Source of the DNA: Blastocladiella emersonii ATCC 22665
Taxonomy: Eukaryota; Fungi; Blastocladiomycota
DNA length: 64,000 nucleotides
Assembly (NCBI GenBank): GCA_025594325.1
Contig: JANHCV010000008.1
Location: forward strand, 620,001-684,000
Reading direction: 5' to 3'
Shown here: piece by piece, positions 57,636-64,000 of the stretch
How the letters are laid out: every line of letters begins with the position of its first letter
How positions within the stretch are numbered: the first letter of the stretch is position 1
Notes under the pieces: model-generated
The model's database searches: none
Seen by the model: the letters and a program-made list of their open reading frames with translations, nothing else
What the model was told of the DNA's origin: nothing
Made by a program: the position numbers and the translations under genes

Positions 57636-58894
57636 ATGGACAACTTAGTGCAAACCAACTTTATCCCGCCTCTGCACACGCTGGTGGGCGTCAAAGTCCT
57701 GCAGCTCGCCGCGCCCCGCGCACTCGTTCCCGCTGCGACCAGCGCCCTTCGCGAAGCCATCCGCGACGCCTCTGTCGTCGTGCATTGGAACGTTCGCACA
57801 CTCATGACACGCCCGATTCCGAGGCTGCGCTGCGCTTACCACTCAGCTCCGCGGTCCTGGAACATTCCCCTCCGTCTTCAAGCCTGTACGCTGCGCTTGC
57901 CTGGGTTCTTTGCGACTTGGATACCGGGCTTGATCCAGAAATTACCAGCGATACCGGCGCCCGCAACTTCCCATTCACAACGGACGCCCACTTGATCTCG
58001 CCGGGATTTGTGGTCGCCACCGTCCAGCGCGCGGCCAGCTTCCTTCCTCGCCCGCTGTCGGTCGCGTCGCTCACCACTCATCTTGACTCGATTGCTCTGG
58101 CAATGTACTCCATGGACCCTGTCCTAGTCAAGGTCACGTCTCGTTCACCCATCTTTGTCGCGATCCTGCTGTACTCCTTCCTTGCTGCAGTCAATGACCT
58201 GCAGCTCCTCTCTCTGCTTCTCACTCAACTGCACGAGCACTTCCCCATGCTTCTTACGCTTCCTGTTCCGACTGTTGCTATGACCCTGTTCTCTTACGGT
58301 CACGGCTACTTTCACTTCCCTCGACCAAAGCTGATGGGAACCCCCTGTTCGCTGCCGCCCCTCACACCCATCGAGCTCGCCGCGTCCGTTGCGATTTCGT
58401 CGTGGAACTACGATGTCCTGGTCCTACTTGCAGAGCCAACTTTCGGCGTGGACTGTCGCCGCGTCGTCCAGTGCCTCCTATCGTCCGAGCACCCGTGCAA
58501 CAATTCTGCGAGGTCGCTCGAAGTCCGCCGGGGCGACGCCGCTCCGGCTGACGTGCGAAAGCTATACGCGTGGCTCGTCGAGCACGGCTGGGACCCGCTG
58601 GACCCTCGCGCGGCCCACTACGAGGAGCTTGTGTGCACCACTGTGAACACTTCACTCGACCTGTTCCTCGCGTTGTTCGAAACCTTTGATCGCTCAACAC
58701 ACGTATTGCGCGGCGAAAAGGCGAGAAGCGAAGTTCAAGCTCACGCTATGCGCCTTGCGAAAAAGTTACAGTTGCCCCAAAGCCGCGTCGTTGAGCTCCT
58801 GTGCGGTGTCGGACTGTTTGACAGTGCGGAACAGGTGCCGAACGACGACGATGATCTGTTCCTGTCGGGCGAGTGGGCGCTGTTCGATGATTGA
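57636..58894 (+). CDS. Hypothetical protein, probably frameshifted near 57785
   Basis: 369-aa ORF 57785..58894 with coding-like composition; an upstream ATG at 57636 lies in another frame. Confidence 0.45.
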
Positions 58895-59046
58895 ATGATT
58901 GGATGGCGACGAGACTCAATGGAACGAACGAATTGAATCGAATTATTTGTATACCCACACGACTGCGCTGCTTCACCGCGTTGATGGAACAGCGCAACAC
59001 CTGCAAGGACAACCCTGACATCGGCGACAGGTGGCAGCCCCATTGC

Positions 59047-60705
59047 TTAGAGCAACTCAAGCATAATCATTCCGCGCAGAATGAACTTGCCGTCGACCTG
59101 TGGCAACATTGACGAGCGAATAGTGCGCGTGGGAGCCTGGCTCGGGCGTGATCGCGGTGCACTCCAGTTTGGCACACTCCGATCCGCCTGCGCAGTCGAC
59201 GTTTTTTGTGCCCGGCTGGCGCAAGTCAAGGAAGTGGGAGCGGTACGCCGCGTGTACGTGACAAAGCAGGTCCTGTGAAGTATGCTGGTCCGTGCGTCAG
59301 TGTAAGGAATGTTCGTTTGAGCAGGAGGCGGAGCTGTTCGCCTGGTAACAGAAGCCCCATACAGTTCGGATCGATGAGTTATTTAAAAACGAGCGTGGTG
59401 GTATGAACTCGGACGTACAGCGAGATTTCGCGGTCCGAAAGCTTGCCGCACTTTTTCCGAACCACCTGGACCTGCAAGTAGCGGCCTCCAAAAATAAAAT
59501 GGCCGGGCCGGAGCAATTCGCTGGAAAGTCGCCGTCGACTTCAAACGAAAACGGGACGCGCAAACGAAACTGGCCAGCAGCGGCTACGGAGGCAATAGTC
59601 GCTGCGTCCAGACCTGCACCAGAGACATCAAGCTGACTGGTATCGAAGACAGGCTCTTTTTCAATGGGTAACGTGCGAGTAGACAGACGGTCCTCGCGAG
59701 GGTCCACTCCAATGACGGCATCTTGAAGCAGCTCGGCATCAAACGCCATGGAGCGGACGGCCACAGCAAATGTAGGATCGCGTGCTGCAAGCGGAGAATC
59801 GAGGACTTGGACGAGCTCTGCACGGCTCATGGTGTCCAAGTAGACGGATCGGAGGATATCGGCGGGCGCAACGTCCAGCTCACACAAGAAGTGATAACTC
59901 GAGAGCTCGGTCAGTGAATAAAAGTTGGGAGCCAGGACAACACGGCGGACGAGCTCGTGCGGACAGCGCGACAGAATGGCACGCGTGAGATGGTGCGGGC
60001 CGAGAAACTGGAGATGCTCCACTGTAGTAAGCAGAAGCGACCGAATGGACGGCGGAGAGACATGCTCTGGGGCGTTGATCATTGTTGGGACGCGGGTTGA
60101 GAGACCAGGAAATGGCTCATTGGTGAGATCGACCGCAGCAGAGGAAACGGAAAGCGCTTTGGTGTAAACCGCAGCGCACACGTCGAGGAGGCGCGGCAAT
60201 TCTAACAGCTCGGCTTGAGTTGAACGTTTGGCAGTCAAGCACGAATATCAACGCACCGAGGAAGCTCGCAGTTTCGACCGTGTCAACGAACGATTCCAAA
60301 AGAAATCCGCGAGGTGAGGTGCTTGGGGCAGCCTTCGTACAGCGCAACGAGTGCCGTTTCCCACGCGAAGATAGTGCGCGACGCAACAGCTGCTTCACCG
60401 CCTTCGTCGGCGTCATCATTAGGAGACACGGAAAAGTCGAGACGGTGCAGGCAATCGTGGTTGGGCAGGTGCCAAGCGTCGCCGAGAAGCGCCTCGAAGT
60501 GAGGGCTCTGGTCGAGCACGACTCGGTGAAGCGCGTAGCTGCGGCCGTGGATCACGACGGTTATGTCCGACTGCTCGCCACTGACTGCCCTCAGCTGAAA
60601 GTGGCGGACGAGCGGGGGGTGCTGCTTAGTGCACTCATATTCCAAAGCAAGCGCATCCTTGTACGACTGGGGGGCTTCTTCATTCGTTGCATCAGGTCGC
60701 TCCAT
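59047..60705 (-). pseudogene. BTB/POZ protein copy B (BTB + BACK-like + MATH-like); 1-nt frameshift in a T run near 60290
   Basis: SDITVVIHGRSYALHRVVLDQSPHF, AWETALVALY; same intron position as copy A; end VDGKFILRGMIMLELL*. The frameshift could be a sequencing error. Confidence 0.75.
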
Positions 60706-61932
60706 GATATAGGTCCGAGGTGCGGAGTATCGCAGGCGAGATGGAGCGAGCCGCTCAGCTCGGGCTGTGACGCGGAGCGCGGCGCAGAGCGGAATTCATG
60801 GTCAGGTGATTTGCCTGTCACTACTGTCGTGTGGCGCAACGCGTTCGCCTGATCTTAAACGACCCAGTCCTTGGACAGTCCGGGTCGCAGGCAGGTTCTT
60901 CGACTTTCATGATCTCTCCACCTCATTGATAGTTCAAGTACACACGCGCACGCTGGCCCGACCGCGAGAGACGCGTCGGGCAATCACGCGAGTGGCACGC
61001 GCCGGCGGCGCCACACTTCCAGTCACCGCCGGCGGACTGCCTCGCCGCAGGGTCGCACGCTCACCTCAAGCGAGCGTCTCCGCTCCCTCTGGTTTTGTTC
61101 CAGATCGCTGCTACTATTAGCCGTCGTTATACACCCTTTCCTCCCTTCTGCGTCTACCTCCTTCGCCGTGTCCATCACCGTCTCCGTCATCTCCTCAGCC
61201 TTCCGTGCATCGTGCTCAACCTTCCTCTCGCACCCTGCACCTGTACGCTTCAACTGGTTATGAGCCCTGCTCGCCCTTGAAGCTCGATGTACGTACGGCC
61301 TCCGCTTCCTCCAAGTCGCTTCCACACCTCCCTGCCGCCGCGCGGTCACTGCACCCGCGCCCGCTGTGCCGGCGTGGGCCGCGGACCGTGCGAGCGGCCG
61401 AGCACCAGGGCGGGAATCGCAGCCTGCCCCGGTGGCGGGTCCCAGTGCCTGCAGCGGTTGACACGGGGCCGCCGGCGCGGTTAGCCCGGCCGCCCACCTC
61501 CGTTCTCCCTCACGTCGACGTGTGCGCCACCTCGCGCTCACGGCAGCAGATTGTGCCGTTGGGTATCCCGCGTATCAGTGCAATCGGCCGTGCCGCGTTC
61601 GCGACCGAGTTCGAAGCGCCTCTGTGAGGGTCAGGTCCCAGGGGTGGTTGGACGGGCGAGTATTACGGTGGAGTAATAATTGATCTTGTTCCGCGAGGAG
61701 CGAGGACCGGGCGGACCGCTCCTCCGGGTGAAATACCAAACACGAACACACGCGTCCGAGACAGGAAACCGGCGGCGCCACTCGCGCCACGGTCTGCGTG
61801 GCCGCGTTGCGCCACACTGTCACGCTGCACCGTGACAGCTTCCCTCCAGCAAGCCATCCACGCTGACGCGGCGTACGCGGTGACCGCAAAAGAAACGTGT
61901 ATCATTCACAAATCGGTCGAGGCGACATCCAC

Positions 61933-62520
61933 TCAAAGAAGCTCAAGGTAAACCATCCCGCGCAGGACAAGTTTGCCTTCGTTCTGTGGCAGATGGCTCT
62001 TGAGTGTGCGATGCCAATAAGATCCTATGCTTGATGGATCCGGACTCGACCATGGCCCAGGACTTACCTTAGCGATGCACTTTGTTGAAGTCGCCGAGCA
62101 GATTGAACGCAAGGTTTGCTCGGTCGCCTGCGCGAAGATAACGTATCTCATACGTTGCAAAGCTTTCGTGCGAGGGTCGCTGTAAGGAGTAACATGATCC
62201 ACCGAAGTGGACGCGCCAACAGGTATCGATTGTTCACTGAGAAGACGTACGGGCGCGCTCGTTAGTACAGCATAAACCAGGATTTTTTTACCAATATCTA
62301 ACGCACAAGAGGAGTTTGTGGACTGTCTCGCCGTTCTCCTTCGTGTGTCTCAGCTTCAGCTCCCAAAGCCGTCCGCCAAAGAAAATCGGAGCGTTCGAGA
62401 GCTCGGGAAACAAGCCGTCCTTGAAAGTAAACGTAAACGGAACGATGAAGAAGGGAAGCCAGAGTGGACTAAAACGCATGTGCCATGACACAGCGATTAC
62501 TCCAACTGTCGACTTCCGTC
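61933..62520 (-). pseudogene. C-terminal fragment of BTB-family copy C (MATH-like part)
   Basis: VPFTFTFKDGLFPELSNAPIFFGGRLWELKL aligns with copies A and B; end EGKLVLRGMVYLELL*. Confidence 0.65.
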
Positions 62521-63217
62521 ACGCTCAACTGTCGCTGACGGCGCGGGACGTGCTTCTTTCGCGCGGCGCAAGCGAGTCGGCGCGGAGAGCCGCAGCGCAT
62601 CCTGTCGCGCACGGAGCAGCGTGTACTTGGGATGGTTTGACGTCAATAATGTCGATGCAGCCAAGCTAGGTGATCCGGGCACAGTAGCATGGGAGCGGCG
62701 GCCGCGATCAAGAACGAGGCGACCGAGACAGCGATCAACTCGACAGCCGTCAAGTCGCCCTCGGTGCCAAGGAAGACTCGCAAAGTGGACACGAAGGAGC
62801 CCAAGAGCATCGAAGTAGCGCTCTCGAGGGAGTGGGGCAGTGAGGCGACGAAGAGCGGCGAGAACGCACGTCCTACGTCCACCGCTCAACTTGCCTGTGT
62901 CCCAACCTGTCTGTAGACGCGCTCGCAGCTCGCAGACGTTGCGCTGAGTGCATATCCGCGTACCGATCGAGTGTTGGCTCGCGCGCGTTCGTGCCTGGGC
63001 GCGTGCGGGCGATGCGATGAGGGTGCGGGCGCGGTTGAACTGTGGGCGTGACCGCGGGCGCCACCCAAAACGCGAACGAACCGCAGCAGACGCCGCCAGC
63101 CGAGGCCACCGCCCGCCCACCCTTTGCGCCCGCGCTCTCTCGCTCGCTCTCGCTTCGAGCAACATCCGGCAACTCGCAACTCGCACCTCGCACATCAAGA
63201 CCTCAAGACCACGCACC

Positions 63218-63870
63218 ATGACCCTCAACGGCCACCACCACAACGCGCAGTACTCGCTTAGCGCCGGCGTCAGCGTCGCCTCGACCCACGCTCCGGCCCC
63301 ATCGTCGTCTGTGTCGTCGCTCGCGATGCAGCTCGAGTCGACCCTCGTGCTCACGCCCGCGCCGGCGCCCGCTGCATCCAGCACGGTCGCCCAGTCCAAC
63401 CACGCGTTCAACATGACCTCGATTCACGACGAGCTCGCGTACGGCGCGCTGCCTAAGTTCGGCGAGGTGCCGGACACGGAGCTCAACGCGACGCACAGTT
63501 TCGGCGCCTGGTGGTGATACGGCTCGCGCAGATGTGGTGTGCAGACGCCTTCGGTGAGCTGCTGTACACGTATCTCTTCGCATCGACGCACGACGTGCCG
63601 AGCGCACTGGCCGCAGCAATACATCTCCCTCGGTTTGCTGTCACATGTTCCAGAGAAGTTTCGCGAGAGGATTGTTGGCGCTGCGTGCGGAAGCGAAGGA
63701 CGGCCGACCGCGGTGAGTTGGCGAAGACCGACGGGCAGAACGATCGGCAATGTCGTCAAGCAGGTCGCGACGCTGCTGCCCACGCTTGCGGCGGCGCGTC
63801 GCACACGACGAACTGTGAGCCGCGTTTCGGCGCGGAACTTCATCTCGATCGTCAAATACACTCAAACTGA
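63218..63870 (+). pseudogene. Hypothetical, frameshifted coding-like region
   Basis: GC3-rich MTLNGHHHN... frame switches near 63510 to VIRLAQMWCADAFGELLY; no family recognised. Confidence 0.25.
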
Positions 63871-64000
63871 TGGCGGTGCGGCTCCCTGCAGCCGAGACGC
63901 ATCGGCGCGCGAGCGAGAAGTGCGTGTCGCACACAGCAAGCGAATCGAACCGGTTGCGTGAAAGCTCAGCTGGCTCAGGAGCCAGTGTGGAACGAGGAGA

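Overview
GC-rich eukaryotic DNA with short GT-AG introns. A flagellar gene (CFAP251-like) together with a chitin synthase points to a zoosporic fungus (chytrid or blastocladiomycete; inference). Intact-looking housekeeping genes are GGT, CFAP251, a UBE3A-like HECT ligase, ILV3, a CRAL-TRIO protein and chitin synthase. They are surrounded by accessory DNA. (i) A 3-bp-TSD PIF/Harbinger element (255-6584, 114-bp TIRs) holds a 4126-bp Rep-less Helitron2/Helentron-type element with a PIF1 helicase. That element has a second, apparently identical, inverted copy at 11954-16079 that carries donor 3' flank beyond its terminator. (ii) A same-strand array of pol-less Gag-like ORFs with an extended CX2C-X12-18-H-X4-C knuckle. 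(iii) Two non-autonomous elements that join Helitron-type ends to non-LTR retrotransposon RNase H/zf-RVT fragments. (iv) A locally expanded LRR family duplicated together with the HECT 3' tail. One copy is split by a CACTA element; another is frameshifted by a 62-bp insert matching a BTB paralog. (v) Three BTB-family copies, an F-box gene, a foldback repeat and a bacterial-like trypsin-fold protease pseudogene. I recognised no rRNA, tRNA or CRISPR array. All identifications come from manual motif reading and alignment by eye; no database search was run.
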